Below are positions 13,231 through 27,334 of a stretch of 64,000 bases of DNA, piece after piece. A program made the position numbers and the translations under genes. Under the pieces are notes generated by a model, which searched no databases, was not told the DNA's origin, and saw only the letters and a program-made list of their open reading frames with translations. The stretch spans positions 71,176,001 to 71,240,000 of the forward strand of contig OX597831.1 in assembly GCA_951406725.2 (NCBI GenBank), in the 5' to 3' direction. This DNA is from Octopus vulgaris (taxonomy: Eukaryota). Positions within the stretch are counted from its first letter, which is position 1, and the number at the start of each line of letters is the position of its first letter.

Positions 13231-13603
13231 TTGTATATGCACGTACGTGTGTTTGTGTGTAAGAAAATTCTTGAATCAAAGATCAAGGAGACCAGAAATA
13301 CAAGAAGATTCTTTATGAGCTAAATATAACTGGAGCAAAATTATATATTATTATTTTATAGAATTGATGTGTTATCAAAGAATCTTCACTTTTGCCCATT
13401 TCTCTCTCTCTCTCTCTCTCTTCACACATACACACACACACACTCACACACACAGACACACACACACACACAGACACACACACACACACATTGACAGCTT
13501 CAGTCTTAATCCATTCATTCATTTTTGACTTGAGGAAAAATCTCTGTTTGTACAAGTATTCCACCTTAAATTTTTCCGTTATTTCCTCCTCCATTGTTCT
13601 AAA

Positions 13604-14120
13604 TCATCATCATCATCATCATCATCATCGTTTAGCGTCCGCTTTCCATGCTAGCACGGGTTGGACGGTTCGACCGGGGATCTGGGAAGCCAGAAGGCTG
13701 CACCAGGCTCCAGTCTTATCTGGCAATGTTTCTACAGCTGGATGCCCTTCCTAACGCCAACCACTCCGTGAGTGTAGTGGGTGCTTTTTATGTGCCACCC
13801 GCACGGGTGCCAGCCGAGGCTGGCAACGGCCATGGTCGGATTGGTGCATTTTACGTGCCACCGGCACAGAAGCCAGTCGAGGCGGCACTGGCATCGGTCA
13901 CGATTCGGATAGTGCTTTTTACATACCAGTCCAGGGGTCCTGGCATCTGCCGGGTGCCAGTCATAGGATTGGTTCAATTTCAATTCCGATTCCGATTTCA
14001 CTTGCCCCAACATGTCTTCGCAAGCAAAGGCGGTTGTCATGGGTGCCTGTCATCGGATGAGGTTCGATATCGACTTCGCTTGCCTCAACAGGTCTTTGTG
14101 TCTAAGGGAGGAAAGGCATG
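13604..14120 (-). mobile_element. RTE 3' UTR / tail copy with hairpin modules
   Basis: Reverse-complement homolog of 2620-3173. Confidence 0.85.
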
Positions 14121-14126
14121 CATATA

Positions 14127-14358
14127 TTTCTTTATTGCCCACAAGGGGCTAAACATAGAGAGGACAAACAAGGACAGACAAAGGAATTAAATCGATTACA
14201 TGGACTCCAGTGCAAAACTGGTACTTTTATTTATCGACCCCGAAAGGATGAAAGGCAAAGTCGACCTCGGCGGAATTTGAACTCAGAACGTAACAACAGA
14301 CGAAATACCGCTAAGCATTTCGCCCGGCGCGCTAACGTGTCTGCCAGCTCGCCACCTT
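14127..14358 (-). mobile_element. SINE family C
   Basis: Near-identical to 7862-8090. Confidence 0.85.
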
Positions 14359-14367
14359 ATATGTATA

Positions 14368-15250
14368 CAGTGTATCCCCGCTTATTTGCAGTTCAGCATT
14401 CACGGCCCCGCTTATTCCCAGAACTAATAATTGTTTGCGGAAACCACCGCATATTTGTGGAATCGTAAATATACTCTGCAATTCTTTATGGCTTTTCTGT
14501 GGCAATATATACTTTTACAAGCTTTTTAAGGCTAAATTATCAATAATAATAATATACTGTATTTGCTGGTTTTCTGGATGCCCTTTCGTAGCTGAAGGAC
14601 CCTCTGACTAGAATAGCCACGTATCACGTCTCGCTTGATTTTTTGTTAGATATAAGTACACTGTATCTTGTATCTCTTATTCCTGCTTTCAATCAAAGCT
14701 TCTCACCTAAAGATATTCAGCACGAGGCTGTCAACAGTGCAGTGAAACTGGCGAAGGTACTTGGTGACGAAGGTTTTGACAACATCAAGCAAGATGTGGT
14801 CAATGACCTCATCGATGCCCACTCTGAAACCCTGACAGACGAAGATTTATTGGAGTTAAAAAAGTCTGCCAGTGAAGAGGAGGAGGAAGCATTAGATCCA
14901 GAGGAAGTCGAGGATGAGGTAGGCTTGGCAATTGAATGTTTGTCCGACCTTTTAAGGACAGCAAAGGAATTGCAAGGGAAGGTGGAGGCATGGGATCCCC
15001 ATATGGTTCAGTCTCTCCAATTTAAAAATGCTATCGATGCTGCCATGCAGACATAGAAAACTCTCCTAACTTCCAAAAAGAAGCGACAGAAAATTCCCAT
15101 CACAATGTTCCTCAAGCCCACCAAGAAAGCCTTGCATGAAGATACGACATCCCCTAAAACAGCTGAAGGAGAGGTGTCACCTGTTAAAATAATAGACAGA
15201 GAACACCACTTGAAATTGCCAAAACTAAGGGCTTATAAACCTAATACTAC
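14368..15250 (+). mobile_element. Tigger/pogo-like transposon relic
   Basis: TA|CAGTGTATCCCCGCTTATT terminus; peptide GFDNIKQDVVNDLIDAHSETLTDEDLLEL resembles Tigger transposase C-termini. Confidence 0.72.
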
Positions 15251-15261
15251 TATATATATGT

Positions 15262-15702
15262 GTGATGGCAATCCCTCAAGGTCGGGGATGATGGTCTTCG
15301 CACAAATTTACTGGTGAGTCCGTAGGTGACCGATAAGACCAATTCTTGCTTGAAAAGATCGGTCGCAGTGTAGACATCTAGTGCCGGAAGGGAGAGTCGC
15401 ACGTGGTCTGTTTTTTGCCGTTTCCTCCCAGTTAGTGAAGTCGATGTCACACTTTTTGAGGTTCGTTTTCAGGGAGTCCTTGTAGCGTTTCTTCTGGCCT
15501 CCTTTTGTACACTTGCCATCTTTGAGTTGGGAGTAGAAGATCTGTTTGGGAAGTCGTTCGTCAGACATTCTAACCACGTGGCCGCTCCATCTTAGTTGGC
15601 CTTTGATGACATAGGCTTCGATGCTGGTCATTTTTTCTTCTTGTAGCAGCACACTGACGTTAGTTCTTCTGTCTTCCCAGCTGATGTTAAGGATCTTCCG
15701 AC
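15262..15702 (-). mobile_element. 3' fragment of a second RTE family (C-terminal C2H2 finger)
   Basis: QLRWSGHVVRMSDERLPKQIFY...GGQKKRYKD...CLHCDRSFQARIGLIGHLRTH*. Confidence 0.88.
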
Positions 15703-15744
15703 TATATATATATATATATTAATCAAAGTGTGCAGTATTATATA

Positions 15745-15850
15745 TCCATTAAGGGTGATCTTACCAATCGGTTTCATACTAGGGGTTCAACAGGGTGTTA
15801 GGTAATTGTCTAATAATGTAACCCTGTGCTCATCAGAGTAGCCATTATGG
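15745..15850 (-). ncRNA. Decayed type-I hammerhead ribozyme motif
   Basis: Minus strand: CTGATGA-gcacagggt...accctg...gtat-GAAAC-cgattg-GTA-ag; core intact, stem I weak. Confidence 0.5.
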
Positions 15851-16639
15851 AATGAAATATGGCTTGTGTGTGTGTGTGTGTATGTCTATGTGTGTGTTTG
15901 TCACCCATCACTACTTTACAACTGGTGTTGGTGTGTTTGCATTCCTGTAAATTAGCAGTTCAGCAAAAAGAGAACAACAGAGTCAGTACTGAGGCTAAAA
16001 GAAGAAATACTGGCATCAATTCATTTGACTGAGGATTCTTCAAGATGGTGTCCCATTATGGCTGCAGTCTAATGATTGAAACAAGTAAAAAATAAAAGTT
16101 CATACTAAAGTCTTGGCTGCTAAGAATGCTTCTTCCATTCTCACACAATTTTTATCTCATGCGGCTTTTGATCTTTGGTTTTCTTAATTTTGTTCCACAC
16201 ATTTCTGTTTTCCCATTTTCTTTTCCAAATCTCTCAACTGTCTTTTTTACTATTTTTCACATTCTCTTGAACATATGATGATAATGCTAACGATGCTGAT
16301 GATTACCATCATCATCATCAGCAGCAGCAGTGGTGTCATCCATTCCCATGGTAGCAACAAGTGTTGCAGCATTGTAGACAAAGCAGTGGCAGCAGTGTTG
16401 TAGATGGTGTCTCATCATTGCAATCATAATTATATCTGTCTTCTCTATATATTTCTCATTGTCTCTTTTCTTCATCACCTCTTCGTTTTCACTTTCTCTC
16501 ACGTCTCCCTGAATTGTTGCACTTTCATGAATGAGTGGAAATCTCCTTTCTATATAATAAAATAAGCAACAACAGTCATTAGTTTTCCAGTATATCAGTG
16601 TTCAGGTATGTATAGGATATTACAATAGAAAGAAGAGGT

Positions 16640-17222
16640 TGTGTTTAAGCGTACATTACTCAAAACATTTTTGCTATGCAATGAATAGTTTTGAAAAATT
16701 CAAAGTACACAAATTCAGATAAACATAGACATTTAGCATGTCTTCACATTCTCAAATTCTTTCTTGTACAACTTTTCTAGATCTTGTTGGATTCTCTTTC
16801 TTTCATCGTCTCTGGTTATTTTCCCAGTTAATGAAGATAACTTGTCTCTGATTTCGTTATTTAGTTGATATTTTTTTCCAACGGTTATATTGGATCCTCT
16901 CATGGACAAGGGTGTGCCCTGCTCTTTCTGCTACTCTTTGAGCTTTATTTGAATCCACTGGTGTCATTGCATTCAAGCTAAGGGATATTAGCTTTGAGTC
17001 TCTACATCTACACAGGGAGGTAAGATGGTTTGAAAGACAGGCTAGTTTCTGATGGAGTTTCTCTGTATGTCTCCATTGAAGTCTAATGACGGCTCCGTAG
17101 TGATTAGATGATACTGTTCTATATTTTTGAGATGAGGAATTCTGTACATTATTTACATTATTTACATTGGATGGATATATATATGGAAATAGCTAAAAAA
17201 ACTTTTTGGCTGCTATTTCTAA
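16640..17222 (-). mobile_element. Penelope-like element relic (N-terminal ORF region)
   Basis: Open frame of about 100 codons with no ATG at its start (17170-16871): HYGAVIRLQWRHTEKLHQKLACLSNHLTSLCRCRDSKLI...AERAGHTLVHERI, matching the PLE N-terminal pattern; foldback junction at 17185-17221. Confidence 0.72.
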
Positions 17223-17777
17223 AAATTTCAGTATGTGGCAAAGTAATTTATTTTACTAAGCCCTAATTATATAACGTTATATATATATATATATATAGAA
17301 CAATATTATTATAAGTAGAGGTCAGAACTGGCAGAGTAACAGTTGCATAATTTGTGGTATTTAGCCTTGTCCTTTTATCTTCTGAGTTCATCCCTTCCAC
17401 CTCGGAGTCAGCAGGTTCTACAACTCCATCTACATTCTGAAGCAGTTCCATAGTTACCTCAGCTTGCTTCCTACCTTCTTGTTCTTCCGATGATGGACAG
17501 CTGTGGTGACTCTTCCTCATCTGCCACCTGCAGGTGATCCACCAAATGGTTCTCCTGGGTGAAGTCAAAGTGGTCAAACAGATGGCTGGGTGGATACACT
17601 AAACTAAGGAAGATAAAGATGACAAACATTGTGTAGCTGTATGCAATGAACTGTTAAGCAGGTGGAAACTTTATCCAAATTCCTTGGGATGGTGTAGAAG
17701 AATTTTGATAAAATTATTGGTCAAGTAATTGTATATTTCCCATTCTTCAAATTTCAGGCCTAGTGCCTATATCAGAA

Positions 17778-17778
<1 letters not shown>

Positions 17779-17824
<46 letters not shown>

Positions 17825-17825
17825 G
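17779..17825. repeat. (CTA)n microsatellite
   Basis: Direct reading. Confidence 0.95.
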
Positions 17826-17968
17826 ACACAATTATTGACTTATGAAGCCTTTAATATACTTGGTAGTACATTATGGTTACGTAACAAAATACAGTGTCTC
17901 TACAAGTAATTATATATACCATCATGAACAGTACATTTTATATATAGATATATATACATATGTATATA

Positions 17969-18201
17969 TCATCATCATCATCATGTAACGTCCGCTTTCC
18001 ATGCTAGAATGGGCTGGACAGTTTGACTGAGGTCTGCTAAGCCTGGAGGCTGCATCAGGCTCCAATCTAATCTGGCAAGGTTTCTACAGCTGGATGCCCT
18101 CCCTAATGCCAACCACCTCGAGACTGTAGTGGGTGCTTTTTCTGTGCCACCAGCACAGGGGCCAGTCAGGCGGCACTGGGATTGACCATGCTCAAATGGT
18201 G

Positions 18202-18206
<5 letters not shown>
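17969..18206 (-). mobile_element. RTE-tail SINE-like repeat
   Basis: (CAT)n plus reverse complement of the RTE 3' end. Confidence 0.82.
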
Positions 18207-18240
<34 letters not shown>

Positions 18241-18265
18241 TTTCCAAATTCTCCTTTATTATAAA

Positions 18266-21460
<3,195 letters not shown>

Positions 21461-21479
21461 TTTATTTATAGAGAGAGAG

Positions 21480-21896
21480 AGGCAGGTGTCGTTGTGTGGT
21501 AAGAAGCTTGCTTTCAAAACACATGGTTCCGGGTTCAATCCCACTCTGTGGTACCTTGGGGAACTGTTTTCTGCTCTAGCCTCGGGCCAACCAAAGGCCT
21601 GCGAGTGGATTTGGTAGATAGAAACTGATATAAGCCCGTCATATATTTGATGATATATGTAGATATGTACATATTGATGTGTGCGTCTTTGTGTCTGTGT
21701 TTGTCCCCAGCCCCATCACCACCTGAAGACTGGTGTTGGTGTGTTTATGTCCCTGTAACTTAACAGTTTGGCAAAAGAGACTAGGCTTAAAAATAAGTCC
21801 AGGAGTTGATTTGTTTGACTAAAACGCTTCAAGGTGGTGCTCCAGCATGGCTGCTGTCAACTGACTGAAACAAGTAAAAAAATAAAAGAGTAAAAG

Positions 21897-21897
<1 letters not shown>
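21480..21897 (+). mobile_element. SINE family A (diverged)
   Basis: Family head, body and tail. Confidence 0.85.
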
Positions 21898-21952
<55 letters not shown>

Positions 21953-21957
21953 CATAC

Positions 21958-21991
<34 letters not shown>

Positions 21992-22034
21992 ATACATATA
22001 TATATGTGTGTGTATATATATATATGTGTGTATA

Positions 22035-22103
<69 letters not shown>

Positions 22104-22339
22104 TTATATTTGACCTCAATTTTTGTACATATCAGATGACATTGCCCATTGTATCTTTAAATGACTTAAAAATGAAATATGAAAGGGAAACAGAAGTAAT
22201 TGAAGCAGGTTTTTAGACATTATATTTCTTATAAATAAATAATAAACTAAAAAAAAAAAAAAAAACTAAAATGTTTAATAAATGTTAAAGATTTATAAGA
22301 AATGCCAAATGTCATGAAACAGTGAAATGTGAAAGTGCT

Positions 22340-23420
22340 TTGGCTGTAATGAAACATCACAACACAGTTTACAAACAGTTTTATCTCTAGAATTGCTATT
22401 TGTAACACACTATTAATTATGGTTGTAATGATGCGCTTAACCTATGGTTGTAATGATACAAATCAGTGAGTCTAATGACAAAGGTTGGCTCAATGTTGAA
22501 TGTATTGAAACAGCAAAGAAATAATTGTAATGACACAGTTTAATGGTGGTGGTAATTATCACAGCTCAATAGATGTAATGAAACACAGCTCAATATTGTT
22601 TTTAATGATACAGAGTCAAGTACATGAACATGAACATCGAAATAAATATCAATGGAAATAGTAGTTGTGATACCTGTGCCGGTGGCACATAAAAAGCACC
22701 ATCCGAACGTGGCCGTTGCCAGCGCCGCCCCGACTGACTTCTGTGCTGGTGGCACATAAAAAGCACCATCCGAACGTGGCTGTTGCCAGCGCTGCCTTGG
22801 CTGTTGCCAGCGCTGCCTTGGCTGTTGCCAGCGCTGCCTTGGCTGTTGCCAGCGCTGCCTTGGCTGGCTTCCGTGCCGGTGGCACGTTAAAAGCTCCAAC
22901 CGATCGTGGCCGATGCCGGACCCCCCTGGCACCTGTGCAAGTGGCACATAAAAAGCACCCACTACACTCGCGAAGTGGTTGGCGTTAGGAAGGGCATCCA
23001 GCTGTAGAAACTCTGCCCCAGATCAGACTGGAGCCTGGTGCAGCCCCTGGCTTCCCAGACCCCGGTTGAACCGTCCAACCCGTGCTAGCGGGGAATACAG
23101 ACGATAAACAATGATGATGATGATGATGATGATGAGATGTATGTTGACTGTAATGAGACGGGGTAGGTGGTTGGAACAAGATTTCAGCGGTGGCTGTAAT
23201 AACATAACACAGTTCAGATGAAATAGCTCAATGTTGGTTATAATGACACAGATATGTTGTGGTTGTAATGGAACATTGTTTATAGTAATGACATCTTAGA
23301 AGGCTGCAAGGATGTGGTTTATTGAAATAACTTAGTGTTGGCTACAAGATCACTACTCTATGATAGTTGTAATGACATAGTCTGTAAAGACTTCTACTCT
23401 TGCTGCAATGACAGTTCAGA
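22340..23420. repeat. Degenerate ~25-30-nt tandem array (core GGTTGTAATGACACAG) split by an RTE tail insertion
   Basis: About 20 recognisable TGTAATGA-like cores on both sides of 22619-23135. Confidence 0.6.
22619..23135 (+). mobile_element. RTE 3' UTR / tail copy with four hairpin modules and an internal 21-nt tandem repeat
   Basis: GTGCCGGTGGCAC-(A)n-GCACC modules; (TGGCTGTTGCCAGCGCTGCCT)x4 at about 22777-22862; (GAT)n tail. Confidence 0.88.
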
Positions 23421-23493
23421 AGTGCTTAAAATTAAATACTACTGCACTGAGAAAATTAACCCAGTCTCCTGTGTCCTTGCTGTGTCATTTCAG

Positions 23494-23558
23494 TGCAACC
23501 AAATACAGCAGTAAACATTTTCGAGACATTTGGAGTTGAACAAACAAACATCTTGAGG
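23494..23558 (+). CDS. Candidate internal coding exon (xQPNTAVNIFETFGVEQTNILR), unidentified protein
   Basis: Acceptor ctcctgtgtccttgctgtgtcatttcag|, donor AGG|gtattc; only one frame is open; unique sequence. Confidence 0.45.
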
Positions 23559-23784
23559 GTATTCTCTTTAAGTTCAGCATCGTATATGTTTACAGGCGCA
23601 GGCAATAGCAAGTGTGGTTGAGAAATTTGCTTCATGACCATGAGGTTTCAGATTCAGTACTACTGTGTAGCACCTTGAGCAAGTGCCTTTTACTGTGGCC
23701 CCAGGCAGCCCAGTGCCTTGTGAGAGAATTTGGTAGACAGAAACTCAGTGGAAGCCTGTCTGTGTGTTTGCATATATGTGTGTG

Positions 23785-23817
<33 letters not shown>

Positions 23818-23918
23818 ATGAGTGTATGTGAGTATATATATATATATATTTTTAAGTTTCAGCACAGAGCTGCATCCATGCTGATGCACTACCTTTATGT
23901 ATATATATATATATATAT

Positions 23919-24328
23919 AGGCACTGGAGTGGCTGTGTGGTAAGTAGCTTGCTAACCAACCACATGGTTCCGGGGTCAGTCCCACTGCGTGGCATCTTGG
24001 GCAAGTGTCTTCTGCTATAGCCCCGGGCCGACCAATGCCTTGTGAGTGGATTTGGTAGACGGAAACTGAAAGAAGCCTGTCGTATATATGTATATATATA
24101 TATGTGTGTGTGTGTTTGTGTGTCTGTGTTTGTCCCCCTAGCATTGCTTGACAACCGATGCTGGTGTGTTTACGTCCCTGTCACTTAGCGGTTCGGCAAA
24201 AAGAGACCGACAGAATAAGTACTGGGCTTACAAAGAATAAATCCCGGGGTCGATTTGCTCGACTAAAGGCGGTGCTCCAGCATGGCCGCAGTCAAATGAC
24301 TGAAACAAGTAAAAAGAGTAAAAAAAGA

Positions 24329-24330
<2 letters not shown>
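23919..24330 (+). mobile_element. SINE family A (full length, young)
   Basis: GGCACTGGAGTGGCTGTGTGGTAAG head to the GTAAAAAGAG tail; a partial older copy lies at 23596-23760. Confidence 0.92.
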
Positions 24331-24383
<53 letters not shown>

Positions 24384-24390
24384 TATATAC

Positions 24391-24472
<82 letters not shown>

Positions 24473-24989
24473 TTTTATGTCTTTGTTTTTCTCACATCAC
24501 TCGACAGTGTTAGTTCATTGACATCCCCATAACTTTGTGATTTAGTAAAAGAATCTGATCGAATAAGTACCGAGGAAAATTTATTTGACAAGACAGTGCT
24601 CTAGTATGGCTGCAGTTCATTCAGTGATGTATATTTTTGAGGTATCAATGTAGTCGATACTTCAGTCTTATGGGTAAAACCATACTGTCTAGTTATTTAC
24701 ATTTTGCTATTTGAGGTGTTAATATAGTACAAGATTGAAGGCATCTGGTAGAATCGTTAGCATGCCAGGTTAAAGACTTTGCAGCAATTTGTCCATCTTT
24801 ATATTCTGGGTTCAAATTCCACCAAGGTAGACTTTGCCTTTCATAAAATAAGTACCCATTAAGCACTGAGGTTAATGTAATCGACTTAATCCATCCCACC
24901 AAAATTTGAAACGAATTTAGTATAAAGTTTCTGTCTAATTAACTATATCTTAACTATCCATTTATCTGAAGTTATCAAAATAAAATCAG

Positions 24990-26100
24990 TTTCAAGAACT
25001 TTTTGGCAGACATTTCAGTGTCTAGCACACCTTTTAAGGTGTTTTCTGTGGAATAGAGTTCAAAGTAATACTTTACCCATCTTTCCATCTGCTTGCCTTT
25101 ATTTTTTATGGTCTTCCTACCTGTTACATTTTTCAAGTGGGTGATACCTGTGCCGGTGGCACATAAAAAGCACCTTCCAAACGTGGCCAATGCCAGCGCC
25201 GCCTTGACTGGCTTCTGTGCCAGTGGCATGTAAAAAGCACCATCCGAATGTGGCCGATGCCAGCACCGCCTTGACTGGCTTCCGTGCCGGTGGCACGTTA
25301 AAAGCACCAACCGATCGTGACCACTGCCAGACTCCGGTGGCACGTAAAAAGCACCCACTACACTCACGGAGTGGTTGGCATTAGGAAGGGCATCCAGCTG
25401 TAGAAACACTGCCAGATCAGAATGGAGCCTGGTGCAGCCTCCTGGCTTCCCAGACTCCGGTCGAACCGTCCAACCCGTGCTAGCGTGGAAAACGGATGTT
25501 AAACAATGATGATGATGATGATGATGCTGTTTTGTTCATGGTTGGATTGATGGTATTTGTTATCTCCTCATATGTTCCACAGATATCACCTGTGTTAAAT
25601 GATTATTGAATACCTTTGCAAATCTGTAACCAGTAGAGATTTGCAAAACGTCTGGCTGCTTTCTGGACCTTCTTTCTTGCTTTTGTTAATGATTGCAAGG
25701 TCCCCTGCATAGGATGGTGCTTATATCTGAGTAGTGCAGCATGCTTTGTCCCCACGACAGTTCGGTGAGCCTTCATGAACTTGCTGAAAAACAGTCTTGT
25801 GCCCTGCACTGTTACTCACCGAGAACCTTCAGTAGATGGAGTTCCTAAGACAATCTCATCTCATCTGTGCCTCTACATCTATGGGTTCTGCCAGGAGATT
25901 GTCCTCTAATAACCTGATGAACTCTTCTTCTTTATCTAGATGTCGTATCATAACGACATCAAGGTGCTGCTTGCCAGTGGTTTCATATGGTGCATATTCT
26001 TTGGCTGAAATCTGATCTTGTAGCAAAAGCCAAAGAGCAATCTGTGTCACAATTGGCCCTCTGGAAGCTGTTGCAGAAATGCATTCATACTATGATCCTT
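24990..26100 (-). mobile_element. Degenerate RTE ORF2 fragment (endonuclease-RT linker) interrupted by a tail insertion
   Basis: ARKKVQKAARRFANLYWLQICKGIQ and KQMERWVKYYFELYS peptides. Confidence 0.7.
25140..25527 (+). mobile_element. RTE 3' tail copy with hairpin modules
   Basis: Four GCCGGTGGCAC-type modules, the conserved tail and (GAT)n. Confidence 0.88.
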
Positions 26101-27276
26101 TAATGTCATTGTGATGTGTATCTGTATAAGGAGTGTATGGTTGTGTTTACAGAGACCTGTACATACATAGAAAATACTGGCCTCTTGAGTTTTATGGTTG
26201 TCTATACCCTTCACCACTAAACATATTTAGCACCAAAGAAAAATAGTTGACACAAAAACCTACAGCAAGTGGTCAACTCTTCCCACAAATCATCTGTCTG
26301 CCAACTTTTTTCCTGTCTGTCATCCACTGTTCTTTTTTTTTTATGTAAATTTTCCCCCATTTGATACTAAAAGTAAGTTCTTCCCTAAGGTAATTGAACT
26401 TACCATCTCCATGCTGATTGATTCTGTCAATAGGTTTTCAGTCCAATAATGTTATGTCTAAAAGTTACATATCTCTGGTGATTTGACAATAAGTCTTGAT
26501 TATGTAACGTACATAAAATAACTAATAATCACGTTATGGTTATGAAACATATGTAACATGTTGTAACTAAATATCAACAATCTCTCAAGTTTTGTCTTAA
26601 TATATATGTGTGTGTGAGAGTGTGCGAATATATCACTCCACATAACGTACACACTAGGTTACTTATACACATACACACACCCAGGTTCGCATAATTTTCA
26701 GCTCACCCACACAAACATACTCATTCACTTGCCCCCATTCAAATATATACACTCACACACACCATTCTCACATACAAACATGTGCTTACATACCTTAGTT
26801 CACTGGAGTCACTGTTATTATTATTATCTCCCTTTCATTCAGCCTCTTTCTTCTGGCCATTTCATCATGTTGAACTGTTAACCTCTACACATTCTTTTTT
26901 CTTTCTCTCTTTTTTTTCATTCTCTCTCTGTTTTTACCCTCTTAATCCTTTCTGTTGAAGAGCATGGGCTCAAAACATAAAGGTCTCTTTCCATTCTTCC
27001 CGAGCATTAAACTTATACACCTGCTTGTTCCTACACCTGTCTTTGTCTTTTGTTTTCTGTAAATTTGAACTATATATATATTTATATATACACATATCAC
27101 TTAGCTTAATGGTACCACATGTTTAAGTTGTGTTTGAGAGGTATGGGATCGATCCTCTGTAGCGACCTGTTATGCAATTCAGACTGGAGTAGGGCGCAGT
27201 TCCCCAGCTTGACAGTTCTGATCAGACTGTTCAACCCATGGACAATGGATGTTAAATGATGATGATGGTGATGATG

Positions 27277-27334
<58 letters not shown>

